From: a bacterium
Lineage (GTDB): Bacteria > SM23-31
Direction: 5' to 3'
Assembly: GCA_965249485.1 (NCBI GenBank)
Contig: OZ252239.1
Coordinates: forward strand, 2,848,001 to 2,912,000
DNA: 64,000 bases
Each line of letters opens with the position of its first letter. Position 1 is the stretch's first letter. The position numbers and the translations under genes are program-made. The notes below the pieces were generated by a model, which had not been told where the DNA came from, made no database searches, and was given only the letters and a program-made list of their open reading frames with translations. Below, in pieces: positions 48,399 through 59,946 of the stretch.

Positions 48399-50228
48399 CT
48401 ATTGCTTAATTGTATTGAGCCTCCATAATCGAAACTGTTCTTCATCAAATCCTTTTATTTCCGTATTTAAACTGTCTACGGATAGTGAGTATTGAGATAT
48501 AATTTTTTTTACCTCTAAATCCTCATATACTGAATTGGATACTATTATATCTGAACCGTTTGAAAAACCCTCCAGCCGTGAGGCCAAATTTACCGTTGTA
48601 CCAAAGTAATCGAGCCTGTTATTCAATGTTACAGCTATACAAGGCCCTGAGTGTATACCTGCTTTCAAACATATTGCATCGACTCCATCTTTGGCAAACT
48701 CTTTTTGAGCATTCATTATAGCCCGCAAACAGGCAGCAGGATTCGTAAAAACTCCCATAATTGCATCACCAATTGTTTTTACAATCGCTCCATTCTCATC
48801 ATTGATTTCTTTTCTTAAAACATCAAAATGGTTCATAACCTTTCCGAATGCTGGTGCATCTCCGATTGCCCTGTACATTTTTGTTGATCCTCTTAAATCG
48901 GTAAATAAAATCGTTACCGTACCCACTGACACCTGATCTCCCGGCCGAAGCGCCTCATCAGAAAATAAATCCCTAAAGAGTTGCAACGATATAACATCGG
49001 ATGCAGTAACAGCATCATCCATCCACTGAGCATGTTCTAAAATATACAAATGCTGTTTATCTGATGTATTGTTTAAGTGAATTATCGGATCGGTACAGAT
49101 TTGCAATGTATCACTTCCCTCTTCACGTTTAACAAATCCGACTGTCAATTCTTTTGCACCGGTATCGGCGACCTCAAATGTAACATTTAACGATTCATCA
49201 AATGTTCTGATACGGTGGATTCCATGTACGAGATTTGGCTGAATCGTTCTTGTTTCCGCCGGTTTAAGTTGCTGTTGTGCTAGTATATGCGGAGTAACTT
49301 GTGGTCCTCCGACACAAAATTCGACCTCATTCAGTTTTCTAATCGATGGATTTGGTCTGAACGTTAATTCGACAGACTTATCAAATTGAGTTGTAAAATC
49401 TATGTTGCATGAATCGCAATGAACCTGAGATTTCATATCTTTAAGATGTTTGCTCCCGTCTTTCGCCCCGCGGCATGATGGGCACATTAAATCCCATTGA
49501 AAATCAACTAATCCTGCTCGAGTCGCATACAAAAAATGCTCAAGTACAGATTTTCTAGCTATTTTCCACTGATCTGCGAGTACATACGGACGAATATGAA
49601 GAACTGCCATTTCATCAGCTGTCATCATGAAATCTGCTATTTTATCTACTACATTATCACTATCGGTATGTTCGTGCAAGTCCGTACAAATACTTCGAAT
49701 TCGCTCTCTACCGTTTGAAGCAAAACGCACTTTCGGCGCTACTGTTGACGAATATGCAATATCCGGATCGTTTTTCTGTGCAAGTTTATCATAATTTCTA
49801 AACACTCTTTCAAATTTTCGTGCATTTAAAATCCCCAGACTGACAGGAACAATGAGGGTACCGATTAACGAGCTCGTCACAACGCGGACACCATAATGTA
49901 CAGTTGTCCCGTGTGATATTCTTTCGTGCAGTTCTACCCGGACATGGAGCTCTCGTATCGGTCCATTTTTGTACAGACGTATTATACTAAAATAACTCGG
50001 TCTGACCCACTCAAAAGGGAGTTCTTCGTATTCTATTTTCGTTCCCAAAATGGAAAATCGCAGCTTCCGCCCAAGCAATAGCTGCGATTCTTTTCCGGGA
50101 ACATAAGAAACTTCCGGCAATTTTGAGTCGTGATTAAACCTATTCGTATCAGAGATATATGGCCAGAGAGACTCAGGTGATACGTCCAGATTCCATTTCC
50201 ATATGTATTGGAATTCTTTTTCAAACAT
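48399..50228 (-). CDS. Class III adenylate/guanylate cyclase with N-terminal SRPBCC-like and DUF5939-like domains
   Basis: TILFTDLRGST, VKTIGDAIM, DYFGTTVNLASRL; CPSC...HCDSC; N-terminal PE.LWP..SDT.RFN. Confidence 0.88.
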   Translation of the reverse strand: MFEKEFQYIWKWNLDVSPESLWPYISDTNRFNHDSKLPEVSYVPGKESQLLLGRKLRFSILGTKIEYEELPFEWVRPSYFSIIRLYKNGPIRELHVRVELHERISHGTTVHYGVRVVTSSLIGTLIVPVSLGILNARKFERVFRNYDKLAQKNDPDIAYSSTVAPKVRFASNGRERIRSICTDLHEHTDSDNVVDKIADFMMTADEMAVLHIRPYVLADQWKIARKSVLEHFLYATRAGLVDFQWDLMCPSCRGAKDGSKHLKDMKSQVHCDSCNIDFTTQFDKSVELTFRPNPSIRKLNEVEFCVGGPQVTPHILAQQQLKPAETRTIQPNLVHGIHRIRTFDESLNVTFEVADTGAKELTVGFVKREEGSDTLQICTDPIIHLNNTSDKQHLYILEHAQWMDDAVTASDVISLQLFRDLFSDEALRPGDQVSVGTVTILFTDLRGSTKMYRAIGDAPAFGKVMNHFDVLRKEINDENGAIVKTIGDAIMGVFTNPAACLRAIMNAQKEFAKDGVDAICLKAGIHSGPCIAVTLNNRLDYFGTTVNLASRLEGFSNGSDIIVSNSVYEDLEVKKIISQYSLSVDSLNTEIKGFDEEQFRLWRLNTIKQ

Positions 50229-50298
50229 GTATTTTACTTTACAATATGTACGAGAACTCCCCTTTAAAATAGAAATATTCTGTTATAATTTCAATAAA

Positions 50299-51903
50299 TT
50301 ACGCTTTAATTGCAATCTTTTTTACTTCATCCGACACATCTCCCTCAAAATCTTTGAAATTCGCTTCAAATTGCGACGCAAGATCCTTTGCCTTCAAGGT
50401 ATAGTCACCCTTATTGTCCCACGTATTTTGCGGTTTGAGGATAGAAGCATCAACATTAGGACACTCACTCGGAATATTCAGCCCAAAAATCTCATCCGGT
50501 TCCGAAGGTACATTTGCAAGTGAACCGTCAAGTGTTGCATTGACGATTGCCCGGGTATCCTGAATGCGAATACGGCTGCCCACTCCATATGGCCCACCAG
50601 TCCAACCGGTGTTTATGAGATAACAGTTGACACCATGCTTTTCAATCTTCTCACCTAACAATTTTGCGTAAACCGTTGGATGAAGCGCCATGAATGGTGC
50701 ACCAAAACAGGTGCTGAATGTTGCACTCGGCTCAGTTACACCCTTTTCCGTTCCAGCCAGTTTTGCCGTATATCCCGATAAAAAATGATAAATTGCCTGT
50801 TCCTTTGTCAGTTTTGCAACAGGCGGCATAACGCCGAACGCATCTGCTGTCAGAAAGATAATATTTTTCGGATGGCCTGCATATCCTTCCGGAATTATAT
50901 TAGGAATTTGTGATATTGGATAAGCACCCCTTGTGTTTTCAGTAAAGACATCATCATCCAGATCGATCTGCCGTGATTTATCATCAATAACAACATTCTC
51001 GAGGACCGTTCCAAACGAACGGGTGGTTTCAAAAATTTCAGGTTCGGCTTCTTTAGATAACTTGATCACTTTTGCGTAACATCCACCCTCAAAATTGAAT
51101 ACACCATTATCGCTCCATCCGTGTTCGTCATCACCGATCAGACGTCGATGCGGATCTGCCGACAACGTTGTTTTTCCAGTTCCGGAAAGACCGAAGAAAA
51201 TAGCAACATCATTTGCAGCACCGACATTGGCAGAACAGTGCATTGACATAACTTTTTTTTGCGGAAGCAGGTAATTCATGACCGTAAAAATAGACTTTTT
51301 AATCTCTCCGGCATAACTGGTACCCCCAATAATAACCATGCGCTTCTCGAAATTCACAATTATAAATGTTGATGTCCGGGTACTGTCTAACACAGGATCA
51401 GCTAAAAATCCGGGAGCTTGCAGAACAACAAACTCAGGCTTGTGAGAAGACAGTTCTTGTTCATTTTTCGCTTTTATGAAGAGACTGCGGGCAAATAAAT
51501 TGTGCCATGCCTGCTCAGTAATAACTCGGATCGGCAGTCTATAGTCCGAATCTGCCCCGGCAAAGCAATCTTGAATAAATACATCTCTTCCTTGATAGTA
51601 GCTACATATACGGCGGTGAAGCTGGTCAAATTTATCAGGCTCAAACGGGACATTCACATCACCCCACCATACTTTATCAACACATGAAGGTTCCTTTACA
51701 ACAAATTTGTCCTTTGCCGATCTACCAGTATGGACACCGGTGCGGACAACCACAGGACCCATATGAGATATAAGTGCTTCGCCCCGTTTAACAATTTCCT
51801 CATATAGTACCGATGTTGGGAGATTCCGATACACTTTCCCTGTGTTGATCAAACCCTGATCTTCAACATCAAAGGTTTCATTACTGTTATTATGCTTAGC
51901 CAT
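50299..51903 (-). CDS. pckA: Phosphoenolpyruvate carboxykinase (ATP)
   Basis: HTGRS.KDKF, YAGEIKK, MHCSAN, FFGLSGTGKTTLS, LIGDDEHGW, NFEGGCYAK. Confidence 0.97.
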   Translation of the reverse strand: MAKHNNSNETFDVEDQGLINTGKVYRNLPTSVLYEEIVKRGEALISHMGPVVVRTGVHTGRSAKDKFVVKEPSCVDKVWWGDVNVPFEPDKFDQLHRRICSYYQGRDVFIQDCFAGADSDYRLPIRVITEQAWHNLFARSLFIKAKNEQELSSHKPEFVVLQAPGFLADPVLDSTRTSTFIIVNFEKRMVIIGGTSYAGEIKKSIFTVMNYLLPQKKVMSMHCSANVGAANDVAIFFGLSGTGKTTLSADPHRRLIGDDEHGWSDNGVFNFEGGCYAKVIKLSKEAEPEIFETTRSFGTVLENVVIDDKSRQIDLDDDVFTENTRGAYPISQIPNIIPEGYAGHPKNIIFLTADAFGVMPPVAKLTKEQAIYHFLSGYTAKLAGTEKGVTEPSATFSTCFGAPFMALHPTVYAKLLGEKIEKHGVNCYLINTGWTGGPYGVGSRIRIQDTRAIVNATLDGSLANVPSEPDEIFGLNIPSECPNVDASILKPQNTWDNKGDYTLKAKDLASQFEANFKDFEGDVSDEVKKIAIKA

Positions 51904-51963
51904 AGTAATGCTCCAATCATAATGGAAATTTAGTAGTTCATTTAATGCAAATAACAAGAAAAT

Positions 51964-54123
51964 CTATGAATCTTTCCCTATGAGTACAACAAGGGAACGA
52001 TTAACAGTCCAGTAAGTTAATTCACTGCCCGTAAGAACAGGTTCAGTTCCAGGTTCATAAATATCATGTGGATCCGATCGTGCCGTATTAACTGCTTCAA
52101 ACCATTGTTTTCCCTGAGAAGATTCCGGAATAGTAAAGCGGACATGTTCATCACTGCCATTGATTATAATAAAAAAGTCATTATCTTTATCATCGCCATT
52201 TACCATAGAAGATAATCCATTAATAAAGCATGAAAGTGTGAGAACATCTTCATTCCACATTGGTTCCGATCCGTCATGCTCATACCATTTAATATCTGGA
52301 CTTTCCTCGCTTGCAACCGTCTTCCCAGTGAAAAAATTCGACCTCCTAAATACGGGATGACGTTTACGAAATGCAATGAGCGATGAACAAAATCGGAAAA
52401 TATCGTTATGCTTCTCTTTGAGAGCCCAGTCTATCCAACTTATCTCATTATCCTGACAATATGCATTGTTATTCCCCATTTGCGTACGCTTGAACTCATC
52501 CCCCGCAAGCAGCATCGGCACCCCCTGTGACAGCAGCAGCGTTGCCATTAAGTTTTTTATCTGTCGGTTTCTGATGATTTCTATGGCCGGATTGTCAGTC
52601 TCCCCTTCTTCACCGTAATTAAAGCTGTTGTTATAATCATCTCCATCTCTGTTATCTTCACCATTTATTTCGTTGTGTTTATCACTATAGCAAACAAGAT
52701 CATTGAGTGTAAATCCATCGTGCGATGTGATGAAATTGATGCTGTGGTACGGTTTTCTACCATCCTGATCATAGAGATCGGAGCTGCCGGTAATTCTTTG
52801 TGCAAATGCTCCCCGTGTTCCGGGATCTCCTTTCCAAAACCTTCTCACATCGTCTCGATATTTCCCATTCCACTCTGCCCACCTTCCACCTGGAAAAGAG
52901 CCGACCTGATAGGCTCCTGCCGCATCCCAGGCTTCAGCAATAATTTTCGCGTTCCGCAAAATAGGGTCCTCGGAAATTGCTTCAATCAGAGGGGGATTAT
53001 CAAGGAGATTGCCATTCTGGTCGCGCCCAAGTATCGATGCCAAATCGAATCGGAATCCATCGACATGCATATGAAGATACCAGTATTGCAGACAGGCCAG
53101 TATATATTGTCGAACGACCGGGTGGTTACAATTAACTGTGTTACCACACCCGGTATAGTTGAGATAAGATTTTTTATCATCTCCCAAAAGATAGTAAATT
53201 GAATTGTCGATTCCCTTGAAGCATAAAACAGGGCAGTTTTCGTTTCCCTCAGCCGTATGATTGAAGACAACGTCAAGGATGACCTCAATTCCTGCAGCAT
53301 GAAGTTTTTTCACCATTTCTTTGAACTCAACGACCTGCCCTCCCTCTTTTCCGTCACAGGCATACTGTGCATTCGGGGCAAAAAATGATACTGTACTGTG
53401 CCCCCAGTAATTCAAGAGCGGCACGTTAGTCAATGGGTTCGATCTGTCTAATTCATATTCATTGAATTCATGAATCGGCATGAGCTCAAGTGTCGTGATT
53501 CCAAGTTCTCTCAAATGTGGGATCACTTCCGTCACACCTTGAAATGTTCCGGGATGTGAAAAGGAACCGGATGAATGAATGGTCAAACCACGAACATGCG
53601 CTTCATAGATTATCACATCCTTAGACGGGTAATTTAAGTGGCGGTCACCTTCCCAATCAAAATTATCATCAATTATAACACATTTCGGCATTCCGGCAAA
53701 TTTGAGCTTGGAAAAGTAATTTTTATCATTTTGTTCAAGATGCATTAAGCGCTCTTTAGCAGATGTATCGCCCCAGATCAAATCACTCGAGACAGCCCGT
53801 GCAAACGGATCAAGAAGACATTGATTCGGGTTAAACCGATGACCACTTTCAGGATCATCAGGCCCATCCATACGGTACAGATACAATTGTCCCGGTTTTA
53901 TACCTTCAACAAAGACATGCCAAATGTCACCGGAGTGATATAAATTTGGATCAAGCTCAATCTCAGCAAAAGGTTCTACGTCTTCCGGTTTGTCAAAGAA
54001 CATCAGCCAGACATGAGTTGCGTGCCGGCTAAAAATCCTGAATAGTACACCATTTTTTTCAACAATTGCACCGAACGGTGATCGAGCAGGCATCCCCCAT
54101 GAAGTTTTAAACTTCGTTTGCAT
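51964..54123 (-). CDS. glgX: Glycogen debranching enzyme (isoamylase, GH13)
   Basis: DVVFNHTAEG, NYTGCGNT, DGFRFDLAS, IAEAWD, SHDGFTL.D, TQ.GNNNAYCQDNE. Confidence 0.95.
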   Translation of the reverse strand: MQTKFKTSWGMPARSPFGAIVEKNGVLFRIFSRHATHVWLMFFDKPEDVEPFAEIELDPNLYHSGDIWHVFVEGIKPGQLYLYRMDGPDDPESGHRFNPNQCLLDPFARAVSSDLIWGDTSAKERLMHLEQNDKNYFSKLKFAGMPKCVIIDDNFDWEGDRHLNYPSKDVIIYEAHVRGLTIHSSGSFSHPGTFQGVTEVIPHLRELGITTLELMPIHEFNEYELDRSNPLTNVPLLNYWGHSTVSFFAPNAQYACDGKEGGQVVEFKEMVKKLHAAGIEVILDVVFNHTAEGNENCPVLCFKGIDNSIYYLLGDDKKSYLNYTGCGNTVNCNHPVVRQYILACLQYWYLHMHVDGFRFDLASILGRDQNGNLLDNPPLIEAISEDPILRNAKIIAEAWDAAGAYQVGSFPGGRWAEWNGKYRDDVRRFWKGDPGTRGAFAQRITGSSDLYDQDGRKPYHSINFITSHDGFTLNDLVCYSDKHNEINGEDNRDGDDYNNSFNYGEEGETDNPAIEIIRNRQIKNLMATLLLSQGVPMLLAGDEFKRTQMGNNNAYCQDNEISWIDWALKEKHNDIFRFCSSLIAFRKRHPVFRRSNFFTGKTVASEESPDIKWYEHDGSEPMWNEDVLTLSCFINGLSSMVNGDDKDNDFFIIINGSDEHVRFTIPESSQGKQWFEAVNTARSDPHDIYEPGTEPVLTGSELTYWTVNRSLVVLIGKDS

Positions 54124-54180
54124 TACGGCACAGCACTTTCATACTAAATTGACTCAATTTACACGCTGAATGCAATTATA

Positions 54181-55812
54181 CTACCCATCAAATTCTATGA
54201 GCGGCCTGTCGTAATCTTCCACATTTTCATAACCAAGGAGATTCAAAATAGTGCCGGTAACATTTGTTAATCCTCGCTTTTCAAAATCAGCCATACGGAA
54301 TTCACCATCATAGAGCGGGTCATGAATAAAGAACCAGACCGGATTAAGGCTATGCGATGTAATAATCATCTTTTCACCCTTCACAATCTTGAACATCTGG
54401 TCGGAATTACCATGATCGGCAGTTACTATTGCTACCCCCTTGAGTTTTTCAATAGTCTCAAGCAGCCTGCCAACACATTCATCCACTGACTCAACAGCTG
54501 ATACGGCGGCATCAAACACACCCGTATGACCGACCATATCACCATTAGGAAAATTCACTCGTCCGAACCGGTATTGCTCTGATTCTAAAAGCTCGATTGT
54601 CTTATCCGTAATCTCGTATGCTTTCATTTTTGGAGCTTTATCGAACTGAATCTTATCCGATGGAATTTCAACATAAGTTTCGAGAGACTCATTGACATAA
54701 CCCGATTTGTTTCCATTCCAGAAATAGGTTACATGACCATATTTCTGTGTCTCGGATATTGCAAACGACGTCACCTTTTCCGCACACAAATATTCCGAAA
54801 CACTTCTATCTATGTGTGGCGGAGGCACAAGATAATTTTTAGGAATATGGAGATCACCATCATATTCAAGCATCCCTGCATAGAAAACATCAGGGCTGAC
54901 CACTTTGTCAAACTCGTGAAATTCGGGATCTTCAAAAGCCTGCGATATCTCAATTGCACGGTCTCCTCGGAAATTGAAAAAGATGACAACATCACCATCA
55001 ACTATTTTTCCGACCGGCTCTCCCTCGTCAGATACAACAACAAACGGATCGAGAAATTGATCAATGACTTCAGAATCTTCTGAGTACAGAGTCTCAACCG
55101 CCTCGAGTGCAGATTTAAACTGCCTCCCAACACCTCGAACATGCGCATCCCAACCACACTTCACTATATCCCAATCGGCTTTATAACGGTCCATCGTAAC
55201 TTTCATTCTTCCGCCGCCCGAAGCAATTTTGTAATCAAAACCATTACTGTTCGAAATCATGCTCAACAGCGCTTCTGTTTTTTTTAGATAGTCGGGTGCA
55301 CTCCGTCCTCCTACATCCCGGCCATCTGTCAATGTGTGGATTCGTACATTCCGCACATCCTGAGCTGCACACTCTTTGAGCAGTGCAAGCAAATGATCAA
55401 TATGTGAATGGACATTCCCATCGGACAAGAGGCCAATAAAGTGCACTGTTCTCCCCTGTTTTCCCTTATCAATTATTTTCTTCCAGAGATCAGTTCGAAT
55501 CAATATTCCCGATTCTATCGATTTTTTAACCAGTTTTGCGCCCTGATCGAATATTCTTCCGGCCCCGAGAGCATTATGACCTACTTCGCTGTTGCCCATA
55601 TCATCTTCGCTCAGAAGACCAACCGATGTGCCGTGGGTTTTCAATGTTGTTTTCAACGGAGTTGTTGCTAACCAGTCAAGAACCGGTGTCCGGGCAGTAA
55701 ACACTGCATCGGACTCATCTTTTTTACCGATACCGACACCGTCCATTATTATCAAAAGGAGCGGTCCGGGTCTTCCGGTGAAATTTGCGAGTTTTTTGAG
55801 TGAAAATGACAT
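54181..55812 (-). CDS. gpmI: 2,3-bisphosphoglycerate-independent phosphoglycerate mutase
   Basis: IIMDG.G, MGNSEVGH, SDGNVHSH, DGRD, NFRGDR, ETQK.GHVTYF, DMVGH, TADHGN. Confidence 0.95.
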   Translation of the reverse strand: MSFSLKKLANFTGRPGPLLLIIMDGVGIGKKDESDAVFTARTPVLDWLATTPLKTTLKTHGTSVGLLSEDDMGNSEVGHNALGAGRIFDQGAKLVKKSIESGILIRTDLWKKIIDKGKQGRTVHFIGLLSDGNVHSHIDHLLALLKECAAQDVRNVRIHTLTDGRDVGGRSAPDYLKKTEALLSMISNSNGFDYKIASGGGRMKVTMDRYKADWDIVKCGWDAHVRGVGRQFKSALEAVETLYSEDSEVIDQFLDPFVVVSDEGEPVGKIVDGDVVIFFNFRGDRAIEISQAFEDPEFHEFDKVVSPDVFYAGMLEYDGDLHIPKNYLVPPPHIDRSVSEYLCAEKVTSFAISETQKYGHVTYFWNGNKSGYVNESLETYVEIPSDKIQFDKAPKMKAYEITDKTIELLESEQYRFGRVNFPNGDMVGHTGVFDAAVSAVESVDECVGRLLETIEKLKGVAIVTADHGNSDQMFKIVKGEKMIITSHSLNPVWFFIHDPLYDGEFRMADFEKRGLTNVTGTILNLLGYENVEDYDRPLIEFDG

Positions 55813-55823
55813 AGTATTCTTGT

Positions 55824-57356
55824 TTATTTGTCCTCTCCCGGATACTCGGGAAGAGATTGATCCCAATTTCCAACTTTGCCGGTCGAATTGAGTTTTTTTG
55901 TAATATCATCTATGATGTCGTACATCCGTTTCCGTGTTGAAAACGATTCTGCAACAACAACCAGCGACGGTTTATTCGATGAAGCACGCACCAGACCCCA
56001 GCTTTTATCGGTGTAGTGGACCCGCACACCGTTCACCGTTAATATCTCCTCTATTCCGATCCCGTCCTGCAGTACATCATCCTCTTTATCCTTCCGGTAT
56101 TGTGCGGTAATCTGATCAACTACATCATATTTTTCAACATCATCAGAGAATGGCGCCATTGTCGGAGTCTGATAAGATTGTGGCAGCTCGGCAAGCAATT
56201 CTGACACAGATTTGTTGTGCCGTGACAGCAGGTTACAAAAATGTATTGCAGATAATGTACCATCATCATATGCTCTACCAAGAGGTTTATTAAAAAAGAA
56301 ATGACCGCTTTTTTCAAATCCCGCAAGTGCATTATCATCTTGCACTTTTGATCTCAGATACGAATGCCCGGTCTTCCAATACACAGTGTTACTCTTATGC
56401 GCGTTAAGAATATCATCAACCTTAAAAAGACCGGTCGATTTCACATCAACAATAAAGGTAGCGCCGGGGTGAGAGATCACAAATTCACGGGCAAGAAGCA
56501 GGCCTATTTTATCACTGTAGACTTCTTCACCTAGTTCATCGACAATACCAACCCTGTCACCATCACCATCAATTCCTATACCGAGGTCAGCATTTTCTTC
56601 CCTTACCTTGTTACCAATATCTTTCAGAAATGATATATCTTCTGGATTCGGATTAAAATTCGGAAAATTCCAGTCGAGCTCTACATGTTGTTCGATGACC
56701 TCATGTCCGCCCCGCCGGAACGCTTCTGGTGTATAAAGACCTGCCGTTCCATTTCCCGTTGCGACAACAACTTTGAGCTTTCTATCAATCTCGATTGTCT
56801 TAATTAGATCATCAATGTACGCTTTTGGAATTGAAGTCTCTGTTTTGTATGATCCGCTCCCCTTGAGGTAGTCACCCGAGTAAACAATCTCCTTAAACCG
56901 GGTAATTCCATCAGGACCAAGCGTCCGTGAAAATCCATAGCCGAGCTTGATTCCCGTCCAGCCGTTTTCATTATGACTGGCAGTCACCATTGCCCCGCCC
57001 TTGATACCCAGATGGTACTGGGCATAATAAAGGCTTGGGGAAACAGCCAATCCAATATCAACAACATGCATTCCGCTGCTTAAAAGTCCGACAACAAATG
57101 CATTTTTAATATTCTCCGAATAATATCTGAAATCATATCCAACAACAATATCATTGACGCTATGATCTTGCTGCAGGAACGTCCCGTACGCCGCACCGAG
57201 GATGACGACACCGCTGTAATTCAACTCTTTTTCGACCAGCCAACGCACGTCATACTCTCTGAAACCGGTCGGTTTTATCAGCGCTTGCCGGAAATACTCT
57301 CCCGAATTCGATTTCAGTTCCTCAACAATAGAGATATTAATATCTGTCTTTGTCAT
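55824..57356 (-). CDS. Phosphomannomutase/phosphoglucomutase
   Basis: FREYD.R, TASHN, DGDGDR, GFEKSGH, NGVR, LVRASSN. Confidence 0.92.
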   Translation of the reverse strand: MTKTDINISIVEELKSNSGEYFRQALIKPTGFREYDVRWLVEKELNYSGVVILGAAYGTFLQQDHSVNDIVVGYDFRYYSENIKNAFVVGLLSSGMHVVDIGLAVSPSLYYAQYHLGIKGGAMVTASHNENGWTGIKLGYGFSRTLGPDGITRFKEIVYSGDYLKGSGSYKTETSIPKAYIDDLIKTIEIDRKLKVVVATGNGTAGLYTPEAFRRGGHEVIEQHVELDWNFPNFNPNPEDISFLKDIGNKVREENADLGIGIDGDGDRVGIVDELGEEVYSDKIGLLLAREFVISHPGATFIVDVKSTGLFKVDDILNAHKSNTVYWKTGHSYLRSKVQDDNALAGFEKSGHFFFNKPLGRAYDDGTLSAIHFCNLLSRHNKSVSELLAELPQSYQTPTMAPFSDDVEKYDVVDQITAQYRKDKEDDVLQDGIGIEEILTVNGVRVHYTDKSWGLVRASSNKPSLVVVAESFSTRKRMYDIIDDITKKLNSTGKVGNWDQSLPEYPGEDK

Positions 57357-57458
57357 TTATAAAACCTGAATTTTCTATTAATGAATATGTTGGTGTTTTT
57401 GATAATTGTATATAATATACCCGATTACTGAGATTACTTAGTAATTTTAGAATAACCG

Positions 57459-58529
57459 TCAGGCAACATCAATTGCATCGATCTTATAAACTTCCTGGAT
57501 TGCATTGAGCAGTTCAACACCCTCACTCATAGGACGTTGAAAAGCTTTTCGTCCGCTAATGAGACCAATACCACCGGCACGTTTATTAATAACCGCGGTT
57601 TTAACTGCCTGTGCTAGATCGTCTTTTCCTGATGCACCGCCTGAGTTAATGAGTCCGGCCCTTCCCATATAATTATTGATAATCTGGTATCTCGTCAGGT
57701 CGATTGGATGATCAGATGAAAGATCCGAATACATTTTTTCACTGAATTTCCCAAACGAACCATTCTTATTTAATGCCCGATAACCACCATTGTTCTCAGG
57801 TAGTTTCTGCTTAATAATATCAGCCTGAATGGTAACGCCTAGATGGTTGGCCTGACCTGAAAGATCAGCACTTGCGTGATAATCGGTACCATCAACTTTG
57901 AAAGCCGGGTTTCTGGTGTAACACCATAGGATCGTTGCCATTCCGAACTCGTGTGCAATTTGAAACGCTTCACTCACTTCCTGAATTTGCCGGTTGCTTT
58001 CTTCGGAACCAAAATATACGGTAGCGCCGATTGCAACCGCGCCCATGTCGAACGCCTGCTGCACACTTCCACAAAGAATTTGATCATATGTGTTAGGATA
58101 GGTCATTAACTGATTGTGGTTAACTTTCATAATAAACGGAATTTTATGCGCATATTTTCGTGCCACACTACCCAAAACACCAAGTGTTGACGCTACAGCA
58201 TTACAACCGCCTTCTATTGCTAATTTAACTATGTTTTCCGGGTCAAAATATGCTGGGTTTGGAGCAAACGAAGCACCTGCGGAATGTTCTATTCCCTGGT
58301 CTACTGGCAAGATTGACAAATACCCTGTCCCCCCCAGATTACCATGACTGAACATTGTTGCTAGATTACGTAGAACAGGAATAGACCTGTCTGAATTAAT
58401 AAAAATTCTGTCTACCCAATCAGGACCGGGAACACTAATTGTTTCTTTGCTGATTTTTGGGCTCTTAAAATCCAGTAAATATTCTGCTTCATCACCTAGC
58501 ATGTCCCGTATTTTCTTAATATCTCCCAT
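57459..58529 (-). CDS. fbaB: Class I fructose-bisphosphate aldolase
   Basis: [38 protein letters not shown]. Confidence 0.95.
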   Translation of the reverse strand: MGDIKKIRDMLGDEAEYLLDFKSPKISKETISVPGPDWVDRIFINSDRSIPVLRNLATMFSHGNLGGTGYLSILPVDQGIEHSAGASFAPNPAYFDPENIVKLAIEGGCNAVASTLGVLGSVARKYAHKIPFIMKVNHNQLMTYPNTYDQILCGSVQQAFDMGAVAIGATVYFGSEESNRQIQEVSEAFQIAHEFGMATILWCYTRNPAFKVDGTDYHASADLSGQANHLGVTIQADIIKQKLPENNGGYRALNKNGSFGKFSEKMYSDLSSDHPIDLTRYQIINNYMGRAGLINSGGASGKDDLAQAVKTAVINKRAGGIGLISGRKAFQRPMSEGVELLNAIQEVYKIDAIDVA

Positions 58530-58620
58530 TATTCATTCCTTTATATTTATTCAATAAACATACGAACCAATCATTGTCTAATTTAAAATACTTGTATATG
58601 CTTTAATCTACATAATTCCC

Positions 58621-59937
58621 TTACATGTTTCGGAAATTCTTTGGTTGTCCGGTTGACTCGATAACACCCATCCAAAGAGCACTCTCGGTTGAAACCCGTT
58701 TCCTTTCCTTGATAGCGGCAGTAATCGGGACATTCACAAATACGTTGTGCCAGAATCCAATCATCATATCGGTTTTACCTGCCATTGCAGCATGAACAGC
58801 CTGACGGGCAAGGGAATTACAAAAGAGCCGGTCATCACCGTTTGCCGGTATACTGCGAATTATATAACTCGGATCAATATATTTCAAGTTTGTCGGTAAT
58901 TCATTTTCTTTAAAATAGATATTGATTGTACCACGTAAAAACATTCCAATATCGTCGAGTCTTACATTTCCAGAAGCATCTTTTTTCGAAGTGTGCATTT
59001 CCATTAAATCCTGTCCTGCACCTTCAGCGACGACAATAACTGCATGTCCTCGCGCCAATATTCGTTTCTTTAATGTCTGAAGAAACCCACTCTCTCCGTT
59101 AAGCTCAAACGGGTCTTCGGGAATCAATGTGAAATTCACTTCCTGGCTTGCAAGCGTTGCCGCAGCAGCGATAAAACCTGTTTCGCGACCCATGACCTTT
59201 ACTAGTCCGATTCCGTTTGGAGCACCACGTGCCTCCACATGCGCACAGTCGATAATCTCTTTTGCTTTTTCTACTGCAGTACTGAAACCAAAAGTTTTCC
59301 AGGCGAATCTGATATCATTATCAATTGTTTTTGGAATTCCTATAACAGCGATATTCTTTTTTTGTTTCTCAATTTCTTCGCATATTGCATGAGCACCTTT
59401 CAATGTCCCGTCACCACCAATACAGAAAAAAATATTGACCCCGTTGTAATCGAGAAAATCGACAATAGTCTTTGGGTCTTCCGGTCCCCGTGAAGAACCG
59501 AGGACAGTCCCTCCCTCCTGATGAATATCCTCGACATATACTGGTGTCAGGTTAACAGGTGGTTTTCCATGAGCAGGATTTAAACCCTGATAACCATACT
59601 GTATACCGAGAATTTCTTTGACACCATAATTATGGAACAATTCCAGAACAATTGACCTGATTACGTTATTTAATCCGGGACAGAGACCGCCACAGGTCAC
59701 AATTGCAGCTTTCGTCTTTGCAGGATTAAAGAAGAGACGCTCCCGGGGGCCTGATTTTTCAAAAAGCAATCCATCCAGTTTCTCCTCACCCGGAAAATAC
59801 TCAACTTGATATCGGACTCGGGACTCATCAGGCACAAAATTACCAGTACCATCGCCATTGACTACCGACAGCCCAATCGGCGAATTAACTTGAGTTGCTC
59901 CTAAAGTTTTGACTATAAAATCTTCCGGAACCGGCAC
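58621..59937 (-). CDS. pfkA: ATP-dependent 6-phosphofructokinase (group X type)
   Basis: VTCGGLCPGLN, GGT.LGSSRG, GGDGT, PKTIDND, MGR, YIDPSY.IRS. Confidence 0.92.
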   Translation of the reverse strand: MPVPEDFIVKTLGATQVNSPIGLSVVNGDGTGNFVPDESRVRYQVEYFPGEEKLDGLLFEKSGPRERLFFNPAKTKAAIVTCGGLCPGLNNVIRSIVLELFHNYGVKEILGIQYGYQGLNPAHGKPPVNLTPVYVEDIHQEGGTVLGSSRGPEDPKTIVDFLDYNGVNIFFCIGGDGTLKGAHAICEEIEKQKKNIAVIGIPKTIDNDIRFAWKTFGFSTAVEKAKEIIDCAHVEARGAPNGIGLVKVMGRETGFIAAAATLASQEVNFTLIPEDPFELNGESGFLQTLKKRILARGHAVIVVAEGAGQDLMEMHTSKKDASGNVRLDDIGMFLRGTINIYFKENELPTNLKYIDPSYIIRSIPANGDDRLFCNSLARQAVHAAMAGKTDMMIGFWHNVFVNVPITAAIKERKRVSTESALWMGVIESTGQPKNFRNM

Positions 59938-59946
59938 ATTATCTCC

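Noticed and set aside
54126..54141. sigma54-like CGGCACAGCACTTTCA between glgX and gpmI
   Set aside because: The -12 GC is absent and it would point antisense into gpmI
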